Source: Verrucomicrobiota bacterium
GTDB lineage: Bacteria; Verrucomicrobiota; Verrucomicrobiia; Opitutales; Coraliomargaritaceae
Assembly: GCA_039815375.1 (NCBI GenBank)
Contig: JBCBZJ010000002.1
Span: 64,001-128,000, forward strand
Reading direction: 5' to 3'
DNA: 64,000 nucleotides
Shown: positions 11,113-21,451 of the stretch, one piece after another
How the letters are laid out: each line of letters starts with the position of its first letter
Numbering within the stretch: position 1 is the stretch's first letter
Made by a program: the position numbers and the translations under genes
The notes under the pieces: model-generated
What the model was told of the DNA's origin: nothing
The model's input: only the letters and a program-made list of their open reading frames with translations
Database searches by the model: none

Positions 11113-11823
11113 ATGGATCAAATTTGAGTGAAACGTTATCTTTTGTTGCTGATCAAATTACTAACTCGATAAGAGCACCTCGCGTTCAGGCGATCCGCGA
11201 TCCGCTATACATGGGTTTCTGGTTATTTGTCTGCTTTTTTGATATGCGTGCGATTTCAATCTTCTAGCCAGCTCCTTTTGTTCAGTAAGTGATAGAGTAG
11301 TTATCTTGCTTTAAGTGTTTCAATCCACTTGCGACAAGTGCTTCCCACTTTGCTTCGTTTAATCCCTTCAAATCTAAACTCGCCCAGTCGATGTTTGGAT
11401 GCTGGGCGGCCAAATCCTTTGCGAGTGCTTTCTGCCCCCTTGGAGCCTGCAAACCACCCACTGCAGTAACGTTGCATTAATTACATACGTTCTTTTGGGA
11501 TCTTTAGCTTCGCCTTACTTTCAAGCGCTTTTTCTGCGCTCATGGGGGTTAGTATTGGAGCTGCTTGCCTCTTGCACAGGCGACGGCAGGAGTGATCGTA
11601 TACCGATCTGAAAATTGTGCTGCTTGGCCTGGGGGACGAGTGTCGGAAGCCTCCTGCAGCACTTTGGGCAACGATTTCGTTCTCATTGGATAGTGCCGAA
11701 AGGGCAGATCATTGCTTCGCTTGGTTTGAGTAAAATACTACGAAACGCGAAAAATCAGGTCATATTCATCTTGGATTCATCTTTCGGTCTATATATTGCT
11801 AGCTTTAGATTATCTTGCCGCGA

Positions 11824-12498
11824 ATGAAATTAGAAAAATCAACCCAATCCTCAAACAGATTCTCTGCGAGCTCTAAAGGCGGTTTCGCGCTTGCCATGAC
11901 TGCACTGGCCAGCAGTGCCAAGGCGAACATCGAATTGTTCGTTCCGAGCACTGTTCCATTTACGGAGGGTCCTGGTTTTTTCGCAAGTCTCTCGTTCGAC
12001 CCGTTGAGCACTACGCCCAGCACATCCGGTTCTGGGCTCATTAACATTTCAGGCTGTGGGGGAACACTTGGATTTACAACGAATACGGTCACGACGACGA
12101 TCAACGAGCTTCAGTTTTTAACGGATTTTGGCAACGTCCAGACTCTGAGTTTTGGCGAAACGATTGATGCGACTGATACTTGGAGTGCATCAGGAGGGAC
12201 ACCTAATCCATTTGCCGACGGGGCCTATGCGGGAGACGACAGTATCGTTTATTTCGGCTATCGTTTCAGGACCGATACGATGGACTCGGATGACTGGTTG
12301 TATGCCTATGGTGAGATATCAGGAGAGATCTTTTCCGAGTCTCCCACCGAAAACACAGTGTCCATTTACAAATGGGCTTACAATTCGGATGAAAATGTTG
12401 GCATTACAGCCGGGGCGGTCCCAGAGCCTGCGGCATTTAGTGCATTCCTCGGTGTATTTGTCTTGGGGGTAATTCTTTGCCGAAGACGATTGAAGTAA
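11824..12498 (+). CDS. PEP-CTERM protein
   Basis: YFGYRF..LYAYGEI..WAYN..ITAGAVPEP-TM-RRRLK. Confidence 0.88.
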   Translation: MKLEKSTQSSNRFSASSKGGFALAMTALASSAKANIELFVPSTVPFTEGPGFFASLSFDPLSTTPSTSGSGLINISGCGGTLGFTTNTVTTTINELQFLTDFGNVQTLSFGETIDATDTWSASGGTPNPFADGAYAGDDSIVYFGYRFRTDTMDSDDWLYAYGEISGEIFSESPTENTVSIYKWAYNSDENVGITAGAVPEPAAFSAFLGVFVLGVILCRRRLK

Positions 12499-12555
12499 CG
12501 TGCAGATTCGCATGTTCTCGGCCTCTTGAAAAGTGGGGATCAGTCCGGTGAACTT

Positions 12556-14289
12556 ATGGAAGCGCTCTCGCGTTCCGAAAAGCTCTACCATTCACGACGT
12601 TTTCAAGCAGCTCTGGAGATTCTAGAGCCCAAGTTGAGGGAAACTCCGGATTCGGTCGAGCTCTACTGCTTGACAGGGAAGTGTCGATTGAAGCTTGGCG
12701 ACGCTGAGGGTGCAGCTGAGGTATTTGGCTACGCACTTCAACTTGATGTGCACAGTGTAGCGGCCCTTCAAGGAATGGCTCAAGCATTCGAAGCAGGTGG
12801 TTTGCTTGACCCCGCGATTGAGGCTTGGCGGCAAGCCTTGTTAAGAGAAGTGAGCAATGAGTTCGCGCGGGATAATTTGGCTCGATTGCTTTACCATACA
12901 AAACATCTGGAAGATGCAGCCAATGTGTTGGCGAGTGGACTGCAACTTCGGCCAGAGCACCCCGGTTGGCGAACCAGTCTTTCGGGCTGCTTGCTTGCGC
13001 AAGGGCGGCTTGATGAGCTGGATGAGCTCGCACGTAAGCCACGGGATTTTCGACGGGACAATCCGAGCCTTCATATGAATTGGGTCCGCGCGCAGCTTTA
13101 TCTTTCCTCTTCCGATGGGAACTTCTTGAAGAAGGTGGCAGTTGAATGGGCATCCTGGCATACGCCTCTCTCCAAGGATCGGCCGCGGTTACCATCCTTG
13201 GAAGGCCCGCTTCGTATTGGTATTCTAAATACTTGCCTCCATATGCATAACACGACGCAGCATTTGCTGGGCTGGTTGCCACATGTCGACCCCGAGCGAA
13301 TAGAAGTTTATCTGTATGCCGGGTCTCAGAAAACTGACGCTTGGACAGAACGTGCTGCCAAGTATGCTAGTTCGCTTACGTCTATTGCGGGGCTTGCCGA
13401 TGTGGAGGCCTGTAGACTTATTCAGTCACATCGTCTCCATGTGCTTATCGATATGAACGAGTTTGCTAATGGCGGACGCCTGGCTCTCATTGCGCTTCGC
13501 CCTGCGCCGATTCTGCTCCACTGGTATGGCAACGCGATAACGACGGGTCTTTCGGTATTGGATGGACGATTCTCCGATGAGTTTGCGGAGCCAGCAGGAA
13601 CACTCGATGATTCAAGTGTCGAGCCCATCATTCGGTTGTCTGGAGGGTATCATTCCTATACCGACCCGCCCAACTGTGCGGCACCGGTCTTCGAGACTGA
13701 CCGTGACCAACAACCAGTGCTCGGCTGTATTCATCATCCTGCGAAATATAGCTTGGAGTTCCTTGAAGTCCTGAAGGAAATACTGCAACGCGCTCCACAG
13801 GCAAAATTGGTCTGCCGGCGTGATGTCTTTCAAGACAGACTCGTTCGTCAGCGATTTTATAATCGTTTACGGGCTGTAGGTTTGCCGATGGAACGAGTTG
13901 AGCTACTTGGAGATGAGGGTGCGATTAGCACACTAGCCTGCTTCAACGACTTTGATTTAGTTCCCGATTCCTTTCCCTTTACCGGAGATGCGACTGCCTG
14001 TGACACTTTACGAATGGGTGTGCCTATGGTGAGCTTACAGGGAGAGCACCTTTGCTCACGCCGGGGTGCCTCGCTGCTAAAGCAGATTGGTTTTGAAAAA
14101 TGGGTTGCTGCTGATACCGAAGCCTATGTTGCGATTGTTTGTGAGTTGCTTAGCGATTTAAATAGGATAAGATCTATTCGTCGTAAAGTCGCTGAAGCAT
14201 TTCAGAAATCTCCGCTTTGTGATGGTGCCCATCTTGCGGAAGAATTGACTGTCAGCATCGAGGCTCTGGTCGCAAGACAGCCTTTGTAG
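12556..14289 (+). CDS. TPR + O-GlcNAc transferase/SPINDLY-like (GT41) glycosyltransferase, divergent
   Basis: N-terminal TPR-like helices; PLRIG, RPAP..W.G..TTGL, AKY, DSFPF.G....D.LRMGVP, SRRGASLL. Confidence 0.8.
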   Translation: MEALSRSEKLYHSRRFQAALEILEPKLRETPDSVELYCLTGKCRLKLGDAEGAAEVFGYALQLDVHSVAALQGMAQAFEAGGLLDPAIEAWRQALLREVSNEFARDNLARLLYHTKHLEDAANVLASGLQLRPEHPGWRTSLSGCLLAQGRLDELDELARKPRDFRRDNPSLHMNWVRAQLYLSSSDGNFLKKVAVEWASWHTPLSKDRPRLPSLEGPLRIGILNTCLHMHNTTQHLLGWLPHVDPERIEVYLYAGSQKTDAWTERAAKYASSLTSIAGLADVEACRLIQSHRLHVLIDMNEFANGGRLALIALRPAPILLHWYGNAITTGLSVLDGRFSDEFAEPAGTLDDSSVEPIIRLSGGYHSYTDPPNCAAPVFETDRDQQPVLGCIHHPAKYSLEFLEVLKEILQRAPQAKLVCRRDVFQDRLVRQRFYNRLRAVGLPMERVELLGDEGAISTLACFNDFDLVPDSFPFTGDATACDTLRMGVPMVSLQGEHLCSRRGASLLKQIGFEKWVAADTEAYVAIVCELLSDLNRIRSIRRKVAEAFQKSPLCDGAHLAEELTVSIEALVARQPL

Positions 14290-14582
14290 ACCTTTGATTC
14301 CGGCTGATCTTAATGAGCGCGAAGGTGCTAGCCCCTGCCGATCAATTCGAATGAAAGCACGACAAGATAGTCTGCCGGCAACCTGATCGAAATCGGTAGT
14401 TCAGGTGTCTGCGTTGGCATCTTCGACGGCATCGAATTCGAGTTCGATTTGGCAATTGATATCTTTAGCATTATTCCCGGATCGAGGCCACCTTTCCGCC
14501 CTCGCTGAAACTAGTCTGGGAATGGTTTGCCTGCAGCTCGGAAAGCGACGGAAGTAATTGAGACGGCCACTAGTAGGAGCGC

Positions 14583-14825
14583 TTAAGACTCTTTCGGAGG
14601 TAGTGAGGCGTAGTAGGGCACGACCTGTCCCAGGTGACCTTCAATGATTTTGCCTACGGCTTCGGCGGGCAGCTGGCCTTTGTGCAGCTCGAAAATCGCG
14701 ACCAGAAGCGAGAGCTCGATATCCATTTTCTTTGGCGTAGTCGCCTGCATCTCCGCGAGAATTGCGAGCGCTTTACTTTCAGCTTTCTTGTAATACTTAA
14801 AATTCTCTTCAGATGGCGTAGGCAT
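14583..14825 (-). CDS. Small hypothetical protein (80 aa); paralogous copy at 23840-24031
   Basis: Two copies with mostly synonymous/conservative differences support coding. Confidence 0.75.
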   Translation of the reverse strand: MPTPSEENFKYYKKAESKALAILAEMQATTPKKMDIELSLLVAIFELHKGQLPAEAVGKIIEGHLGQVVPYYASLPPKES

Positions 14826-15020
14826 CCGTTGAACGATTACTAGATGACTCTTCCAGTCAAGCGACTAGCCTGAACGATCCAAATGTCGGGAAGCACGCGT
14901 CATTCCATGGCCTATTTGCAGGTGTTTCTACATGGATTCTTTGGGGGAAGGGAGAACCCGTCGTCAGCGGCTCTTCGGATGTTACTCTTGATCTCTTTAG
15001 ACCATCCAGATCACTCAAAA

Positions 15021-15656
15021 CTACCTCTTTACATAGAGCTTAACATTATCAAGTAAATGTGACGAGTCGATATCCCCATCGGAAGCCGTGTGTGGCGTAA
15101 TGGTGAAGACGATCTGATGTACTCCGGCTGGCACCTTGTATTCACCTCGATGAGTTTTCCACGCAGTCTTATCGGATGCAAACGCACCTTGCTTTTTCTT
15201 GGCGCTTTCCGGACCGATGGACACAATGAAGGTATCGACTCCTCTACGGCCCCGATGTTGGAGTTCCCATACCAATAGCTGTCCAGGTTCGACCTCCACC
15301 AGCTGATTGTGGTGATTGCCGTCCATTTCAACAAACACATTACCCTCCGCCGCATCGATTCTAAGGAATCCACTCGTACCCAGCTCCAGCGTACCCCCCT
15401 TGGAGACGCCACCTTGCTGTAAGGGAATACCGCCTGTCGTATACCACCCGGGAAAAGCACTGTCCTTATATACATCGATAAAGTGACCCTTCCCACTCGA
15501 ACGACCTTCCGTCTCGATTAGCGCCTTGGCCGAAATATAATCCTTATCGCTGGTCTCTTCAAAGCTGCCATTGATCAGGAGATTCACCGGCTTGTCGGCA
15601 AAGGTCATACTGAAAGAGAGAAGCGGGATGAGCACTAGGTGATAATTGCGTGTCAT
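15021..15656 (-). CDS. Secreted hypothetical protein, possible carbohydrate-binding jelly-roll
   Basis: Signal peptide; NLLINGSFE...LDNVKL ends typical of galactose-binding-like domains. Confidence 0.6.
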   Translation of the reverse strand: MTRNYHLVLIPLLSFSMTFADKPVNLLINGSFEETSDKDYISAKALIETEGRSSGKGHFIDVYKDSAFPGWYTTGGIPLQQGGVSKGGTLELGTSGFLRIDAAEGNVFVEMDGNHHNQLVEVEPGQLLVWELQHRGRRGVDTFIVSIGPESAKKKQGAFASDKTAWKTHRGEYKVPAGVHQIVFTITPHTASDGDIDSSHLLDNVKLYVKR

Positions 15657-15844
15657 AACTTTTACTGTTTATGGGGATTTGCTTTTATCCGAAGCAGTCA
15701 TTGCGCGGGTGTAAGGCACACCTGCAACGACTTGCTTAAAAAGCTGAGAAAGATCGGGTCGGTGCTCAGTCTCTGAGAAAACGTTGAGGCTATTCCTGAA
15801 GGTAGGAAAGTGTAGAGATGGTAATCAGGTAGGGGCGAACAAAA

Positions 15845-15940
15845 TCACGCTGAGGCACAGAGAAGAAGGATTCATGGCAGTATTGTAGGCTATTTGCCTT
15901 GAGCGATCACGCTTAGCGGGAGAGTGGGAGTGGGTGTGAG
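15845..15940 (+). repeat. Degenerate palindromic (MITE/REP-like) element, copy 1 of 3
   Basis: Shares TGCCTTGAGCGATC.CGCTT.GCGGGAGAG with 19431-19460 and GC.CAGAGAAGAA with ~21888. Confidence 0.55.
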
Positions 15941-15963
15941 AAAAGCTCGGTGTCTCAAGTAGG

Positions 15964-16443
15964 CTAATAGAGGGCCCGCCTCACTTCTCGTGCATGCCGT
16001 TCGAGCAACTCGGCAGCTTTGAGAGCAGCAAGTCTTTCGATGGAATCGCTTTTGAAGTTAATGTTCTGTTTTAACTTCTCGTAGGAGTCTATTACCACTA
16101 ACCAGCCCGCGTATGGATTGTCCAAAGCATTTTCACGTTCAAGCTGATCTTCGATGTTTCCTGCGAGGTAGGATATTAAGACGAGATACTTGAGAGTCGC
16201 CTTCCGATCCTTGCTAAATCCCCATTCCTCGTCCGCCCATGGAGCTGTTAGTTTCCCTATGATGATTTTTACTTTGGGCGAGGTTTGAGCAAAGCGAATG
16301 AGGACTTTTCCTGCTTCTTCATTCTGCGAGTCTAAGATGTTCTCTTTGATTTGTTGGATCGCCTGGATAACATCCCGTTCGGTCGGTTGCTCGAAGGCCA
16401 GCACAGGCAAAGCCAAAAGGAGTGAGAGGAAAATGTGTTTCAT
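15964..16443 (-). CDS. Secreted hypothetical protein
   Basis: 159 aa ORF with signal peptide. Confidence 0.7.
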   Translation of the reverse strand: MKHIFLSLLLALPVLAFEQPTERDVIQAIQQIKENILDSQNEEAGKVLIRFAQTSPKVKIIIGKLTAPWADEEWGFSKDRKATLKYLVLISYLAGNIEDQLERENALDNPYAGWLVVIDSYEKLKQNINFKSDSIERLAALKAAELLERHAREVRRALY

Positions 16444-16732
16444 GTTTCTTTCGCTGGATTGGAGGATGCGCGATTGTAGAGCCTGTTCTAGTTTTGCCTA
16501 TATGACTAAGATCGTAAAGAAGAGTGGGGCACATCGCCATCTTTGTGGATTGTTCTATCGCAGGCTCTCTAGCATTAAGACTCAGAGAGAGGGCAAACGC
16601 AAAATTTAAAACTCAGTTTCCTGACATCGTTCGGATGTCCCATTCGCAGACATTCGGCGATTCAGGTATTCGTCAAAACATTGATGCTGGACTCAAGCTG
16701 CTTGCGAAGCAGGACCTTTAGCACCCGTGTTT

Positions 16733-17113
16733 ATGAAGCTCAAAAATTTTCGATCTATTATCTCACTGATAGCCGGGCTTTGCATGTTCGCAGGTTGTGC
16801 TACCGTCACAGGAGGCTTGGAGCAGGATATCAACATCGATAGTAAACCTCAGGGTGCAACTGTTCTAATCAATGGAGTAGAGCAGGGTAAGACCCCAATA
16901 ACCGTTGAGCTTTCTCGTAAGACGAGCCACCTCGTGGAGATTTCCATGCCCGGTTACAAGTATTATGAAATCACGGTCGAGCCCAAGATGAACAATGCGG
17001 TATATGGCAATATTTTGGCTGGTGGGGCAATTGGTATGATGGTTGATGGTTCGAACGGAGCCAGCAATTCCCTGCATCCAGATGAGATTCTGGCTATACT
17101 TGAAAAGCGTTAA
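16733..17113 (+). CDS. PEGA-domain lipoprotein
   Basis: FAGC lipobox; IDSKPQGATVLING..GKTP. Confidence 0.85.
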   Translation: MKLKNFRSIISLIAGLCMFAGCATVTGGLEQDINIDSKPQGATVLINGVEQGKTPITVELSRKTSHLVEISMPGYKYYEITVEPKMNNAVYGNILAGGAIGMMVDGSNGASNSLHPDEILAILEKR

Positions 17114-17434
17114 GTTCCTTTACGAACATTCTTTTCCGGCTTTGTGTTTCTCTTTCAAGTTTATCTGATTTTAAAAGCAATGTAAGTATTGGTTTTTGAG
17201 GATTGGTATCGGCGTTCTTTGTAAGTCCAAGGACAACTTACACGACTATACTTCCATTTTTCCTTTCTACTTTCATGCCGCCAGAGGTCACTTTTTCAAC
17301 CTGACAACATACCTTTATTGCCAACAACTTAAGGCAATACACCAGAAAAAAGCTTGATGACTCTTTCTACTGCGCTCGTCTTCGGGGAGCTTGGCCAGTC
17401 AGTCTGACCTTATGCGAAGAGAAAGCTAAGGCTT

Positions 17435-18286
17435 CTAAATAGAGCTTTTTCTTCTATCGAATCCGGCAAAAAGGACAATAAGTATGGAAAGCCAAAGAAC
17501 TAAATGAGAGGGCTCTGGGATTGGAACAACATCTTCCCATTCAGTAGCAATGGTCAAAGCGTCGAACCACAAGCGGTCATTTGAATTCAGATTTACAGAG
17601 CGAAAGCCCACTGCGCTGAATTCCGAAAATTGAATGTTTCCTGTTGAAGTTCCTAATGGACTATTACTATCGCCAACAGAAGGATTTACCCAGAGATCCA
17701 ACTGATTATAAGTGCTCATGCCGCCAGTCTTCGAAATCTTTGCCACCATGTAATACGTTTGGCCAATATTCATTTCTGAGCCATACACTTCCCGATTACC
17801 TGTGATACGGCCCATGAGATCCTCGTCATTGGGACCAAAATTTGATTTTAGACCTATGGATGGGGCACCAACGAAGAGGGCTTCTCCCAACCAGAGGGCA
17901 GCAAAATCGTTTTTAGCAAAACTTGTCCCCGGAGCAGCATAAAAAAGAAAGCCAACATAAATAGTATCAGAGACCGGTGCCTGAAGAGTACGGCTAAAAA
18001 CTGTATTGCTATTACCGTTAATCTCGTTGGCACGATTACCTCCATCGATCAAGCCGCCACCAGGGATTTGATAGCTGAGGGCGCCGTTGGGATTGATGAT
18101 GCTCGTTACCACAGTGTTTGCTGACCAAGGGTCCCCCCATCCATCACCTGCGTTGTTATTCCCAGCCTCTAAGTCTCCTAAATCATAGTCTTCAAAATCA
18201 TCGTAAGCGAGAACTACTCCTAAAGCTGGCCTCAATAAGAGGCAGGAAACCATGATTATAATAAAACTAAATGAAGATAATTTCAC
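17435..18286 (-). CDS. PEP-CTERM protein
   Basis: Signal peptide; C-terminal IPEPS-TM-RRK. Confidence 0.85.
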   Translation of the reverse strand: MKLSSFSFIIIMVSCLLLRPALGVVLAYDDFEDYDLGDLEAGNNNAGDGWGDPWSANTVVTSIINPNGALSYQIPGGGLIDGGNRANEINGNSNTVFSRTLQAPVSDTIYVGFLFYAAPGTSFAKNDFAALWLGEALFVGAPSIGLKSNFGPNDEDLMGRITGNREVYGSEMNIGQTYYMVAKISKTGGMSTYNQLDLWVNPSVGDSNSPLGTSTGNIQFSEFSAVGFRSVNLNSNDRLWFDALTIATEWEDVVPIPEPSHLVLWLSILIVLFAGFDRRKSSI

Positions 18287-18569
18287 AACTCAAAGGATAC
18301 GTGCCAAAACAACTATAAACATAATATGTTATGCAAAAAGAATTTAGGTAAAATCCTCGTGAATCTAATACCTTTCCAAAGCTATTATAAATACACTACT
18401 TACCCGAAGGAATAGAGGGAGCTCCCTTAGTAGGAAGAAGACTTTCCGGTTCTTTTAGCTAAGATTGACCTCGCCCAGGAAAACTCTGCTCTTCTATTTC
18501 TATAAAAAACAAAAAGGGTCAGTAAAACAAGGTAAAACAAAAGAGTCCAAGAAGCACCCAGGTGTCGGC

Positions 18570-18634
18570 AAGCTCCAGATGCTCCTTCCACTCTTCGAAT
18601 CTATCTCATACAAACTGAAGAAATGATCCCGTTT
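18570..18634 (-). repeat. 65-bp copy of the 3' end of the sulfatase gene (22218-22282)
   Basis: 4 mismatches in 65 bp; encodes KRDHFFSLYEIDSKSGRSIWSL. Confidence 0.85.
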
Positions 18635-18654
18635 GCCCTTTTTTCGCTCCGCCC

Positions 18655-19080
18655 TTATGTCGATGCCTGGGCGGATTGAGTGGCTTGTTTCAGTTGTTTT
18701 ATCAATCCGAATACATCAATTTCAGCCCAGAGTTCGGCAATTTTGCCGGACTCAAAGCGCTCGATAGTTATACCTTTCAAAGAAATTTTTCCGCCGGTTG
18801 CGGGGATGCCGAAAAATTCTCCTTGGTGGCTTGCGACGAGTGACCATCGGATGACGATGCGGTCATTCGATCCAAATATATCGTGGATCGTGGTATGGGC
18901 ATCTGGGAAAGCTTGTTGAAAAGCGGCTACATTTTCACGTATGCCGTTGTGACCTTTTGAAGATTTGAATAGGTGTCCGACAAAATCCTCGGTGAATACC
19001 TCATCAATCACATCAAAATTTTTGTTGTTCCACAGCTCTTCGATGTAGCGGCGGGCGATGGCTTCATTTTCTTGATACAT
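18655..19080 (-). CDS. SnoaL-like ester cyclase family protein
   Basis: NEAIARRYIEELWN, AFPD, HQGEFFGIPATG, GKIAELW. Confidence 0.88.
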   Translation of the reverse strand: MYQENEAIARRYIEELWNNKNFDVIDEVFTEDFVGHLFKSSKGHNGIRENVAAFQQAFPDAHTTIHDIFGSNDRIVIRWSLVASHQGEFFGIPATGGKISLKGITIERFESGKIAELWAEIDVFGLIKQLKQATQSAQAST

Positions 19081-19368
19081 GATTAGATCGGTGAGTGCGT
19101 CTCGCACGGACACTTCATCCCAGTGAGATGAGTCGCGAATTGTGAGGAGTGAAGATTGAAGCCATCAACGAAGAAACTGGTTCGTCGATCTCCATTTTTT
19201 TAGCCATTTGTGCGCTTGTGACTTCCATATAAAAAATAACCACATAGACCGCAGGGGCCATGGGTTCTTAACTATTTAAAGCTAAGCGTTATACGGGGAA
19301 GAATACAAACACCTTTGTTCAGAAAGTGGTTGAAGCCAAGGAAGAGACGCGTGGGAATTTTGGAGATT

Positions 19369-19463
19369 CCCACGCGAAGGCGCGGAGAGGGGATTACGGT
19401 GTCGTAAGTCTTGGTGTCTCTGCGCCTTCGTGCCTTGAGCGATCCCGCTTTGCGGGAGAGCGG
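19369..19463 (+). repeat. Palindromic (MITE/REP-like) element, copy 2 of 3
   Basis: CGAAGGCGCGGAGA...TCTCTGCGCCTTCG inverted arms plus TCCCGC-TTT-GCGGGA hairpin. Confidence 0.6.
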
Positions 19464-19487
19464 CAAACTCGTTTGCATGGTCTATGT

Positions 19488-19681
19488 TCAAAGCAACCCT
19501 GCTTCGCTGAAGGAATAATAGTCGCCTTAGCCGATGATGGTGTGGTCGCAAAAGCGGATGCCGAGGCCTTGCATATGCCTGCGTAGCTCGCGGGTGAAGT
19601 TTTCGTCCTCGGGGCTGGGCGTCGGGTCGCTGGATGGGTGGTTGTGCACCAGGATCACATGATACGTACTTAGGGTAATCG
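19488..19681 (-). pseudogene. radC: radC (JAB/MPN) 3'-end fragment, copy 1
   Basis: Translates YHVILVHNHPSSDPTPSPEDENFTRELRRHMQGLGIRFCDHTIIG*GDYYSFSEAGLL*; internal stop, no start. Confidence 0.9.
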
Positions 19682-19685
19682 AACT

Positions 19686-20837
19686 CTAAAAAGGAATTCT
19701 GCATTCAACCTGAAGACTGCCCCAACTATGTTCTCTAGCTTGAGTGAGCTCGTGTTCTTCGGATCGCGTTATTTCCGAATAGGAAACCCTAATAGACTTA
19801 TATCGAAATGCCGCACCGTATTGCTCTTCATAGAAAAAGGGTTCTAGTTCCGAAGCGTTCAATTCGTGTTCACTGTCGAAAAACTGCCCTTGGAGCAGAG
19901 CATTGTAGCCAACCGCGTAACCCGTGTAGCGGACAAAAAGATACAACTCCAAGTTCTTAGGCTGCGTGTTTAGCATATACTTATACTTAGCCGAAGCGTC
20001 GTTTCTGCTTTTATTGATGGATGAACCTGGATTTATGTCGTGAGAATAAAACGCTGAGTTTATTAGGCCAAGGCGGGCCTGGACTCCCGCTTGTGCCATC
20101 GTGTAGTAGCCAATACTTCCTCCAAGAGTGCTTGTTAACTCGAGGAATTTTTGTTCTTCATTCGTTTCCAGTGTATAGAGTTCCTGCTGAAGAGACAATG
20201 CATACAATGCGGTTGGCTCGCCGCCATCTGAAATCTGATTATCCCATCCTTGTGGATCGACAGGGGTATCCTTATCTGCGGCTTTTCGATAAGCTTGGTG
20301 AAACCACGTCTGAGGTCTTTCTGCAATTCCGGGTATGCCGATGATACCAATTGTGAACTGTGTAGTCAGTGAACGCTTTCCTTCGCGGTCAACTGAGGTG
20401 TGAAGCCATGAGAAACTCAGAATAGAGGAATAGGGGCGATCATCAAGGATGGGGTCCTCCGCTGCCAGATCATCAGGAGTAAATGCAGCAATTCCTATGG
20501 ACGTATTATAGGTGCTGCTGTCGGGGAAGTGCTTTGAGCGAATCTCGTCTATGTGTAGAAATTCATCTACTGGCTCGGTGAGTCTCCATAGGACGTTTGC
20601 GTCTGAAGCGACTGAGAAGTTGAAACCAAGCCCCATTGTGTAATCACGATCCTCGTTATTGCTTACAAATAAATCCTGATCAAAATAAAGTCCTGTGAAG
20701 TTTGGTCTCGTGCTCCATACGCTACTTTTTTGGCTGTTGTTGTCACTTGATTGGCTGAATGTCTGAAAGCTAAGGCCTATAAAGAGTCCGAATATTAGAA
20801 GTAACTGCCTTAGGAAAACGTAATTTAAGTTAGTCAT
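19686..20837 (-). CDS. LpxR-family (DUF2219) lipid A deacylase-like outer-membrane protein
   Basis: Signal peptide; DRDYTMG, FTPDD..DDRPYS, GWDNQI, YNALLQG; C-terminal Phe. Confidence 0.8.
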   Translation of the reverse strand: MTNLNYVFLRQLLLIFGLFIGLSFQTFSQSSDNNSQKSSVWSTRPNFTGLYFDQDLFVSNNEDRDYTMGLGFNFSVASDANVLWRLTEPVDEFLHIDEIRSKHFPDSSTYNTSIGIAAFTPDDLAAEDPILDDRPYSSILSFSWLHTSVDREGKRSLTTQFTIGIIGIPGIAERPQTWFHQAYRKAADKDTPVDPQGWDNQISDGGEPTALYALSLQQELYTLETNEEQKFLELTSTLGGSIGYYTMAQAGVQARLGLINSAFYSHDINPGSSINKSRNDASAKYKYMLNTQPKNLELYLFVRYTGYAVGYNALLQGQFFDSEHELNASELEPFFYEEQYGAAFRYKSIRVSYSEITRSEEHELTQAREHSWGSLQVECRIPF

Positions 20838-21023
20838 GAAAACTAACTTTTGGATGAATGAACTGAATAGGCAATCAGAACTTTTACCTATAGGCCTTGG
20901 TAGCTTAGTTCAGCCCGTAGGTCAGTTTTCTCGTCTCTGTGTTCTTTGGAACTGTCTTCTGATTGCTGACTGTTCCGGTTCGCTGTGCGCCAGGTCTTGT
21001 CGTCGCTGTGCTCCTCGGAACTA

Positions 21024-21072
21024 TTAAAGCACCTGCGTCGTGGAAGAAATAATAGTCGCCTTGGTCGATCAT
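21024..21072 (-). pseudogene. radC: radC extreme 3'-end fragment, copy 2
   Basis: IDQGDYYFFHDAG aligns with IGRGNYYSFHDAG of copy 3. Confidence 0.7.
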
Positions 21073-21172
21073 GAATGAAACGCATTGCTTAAAGACTCCC
21101 CGGACCAGGAAATTTGGAGCGATTCATTGAAGACTTATGCGGTGATTTGGTAGTAGTTCGTTTTGAACAAGC

Positions 21173-21200
21173 TTGAAAGTGTGCACTTTAAGTGCATACT
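21173..21200 (+). promoter_or_regulatory. vapBC promoter with palindromic operator
   Basis: TTGAAA..CATACT; AGTGTGCACTT-T-AAGTGCATACT (1 mismatch) at 21178-21200. Confidence 0.6.
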
Positions 21201-21202
21201 TA

Positions 21203-21451
21203 ATGGGTATGAAGTCATCATTACTCACTTTGCGGCGTAGCCCCTCTAAGATATTGAATGCGATTGAGAAGCGTCAGGAAGTAACCCTGACGAAGCGGGG
21301 CAAGCCTCTCGCAAGAATCGTCCCTTTGCACAGTGGAGTGGAGAGGGAGGTTCGTTCGCAGCCTGCCTTTGGTATGTGGGCGGATGGTTCGGTGCAATCC
21401 GTTGATGAGCAAGTGCGTGATTTGAGGGAGGGGCGTTTTAGTGATCTTTGA
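21203..21451 (+). CDS. Phd/YefM-family antitoxin
   Basis: EVTLTKRGKPLARIVP; overlaps downstream PIN gene; start 21203 or 21209. Confidence 0.85.
   Translation: MGMKSSLLTLRRSPSKILNAIEKRQEVTLTKRGKPLARIVPLHSGVEREVRSQPAFGMWADGSVQSVDEQVRDLREGRFSDL

Noticed and set aside
11115..11800. Possible decayed membrane-protein gene
   Set aside because: Short hydrophobic ORF pieces with no recognisable family
14880..15000. Possible repressor HTH remnant (GVSTWILWGKGEP)
   Set aside because: Too short to support
18290..18310. sigma54 promoter (TTGGCACG, minus strand) before PEP-CTERM gene 17435-18286
   Set aside because: Good -24 box but no GC at -12
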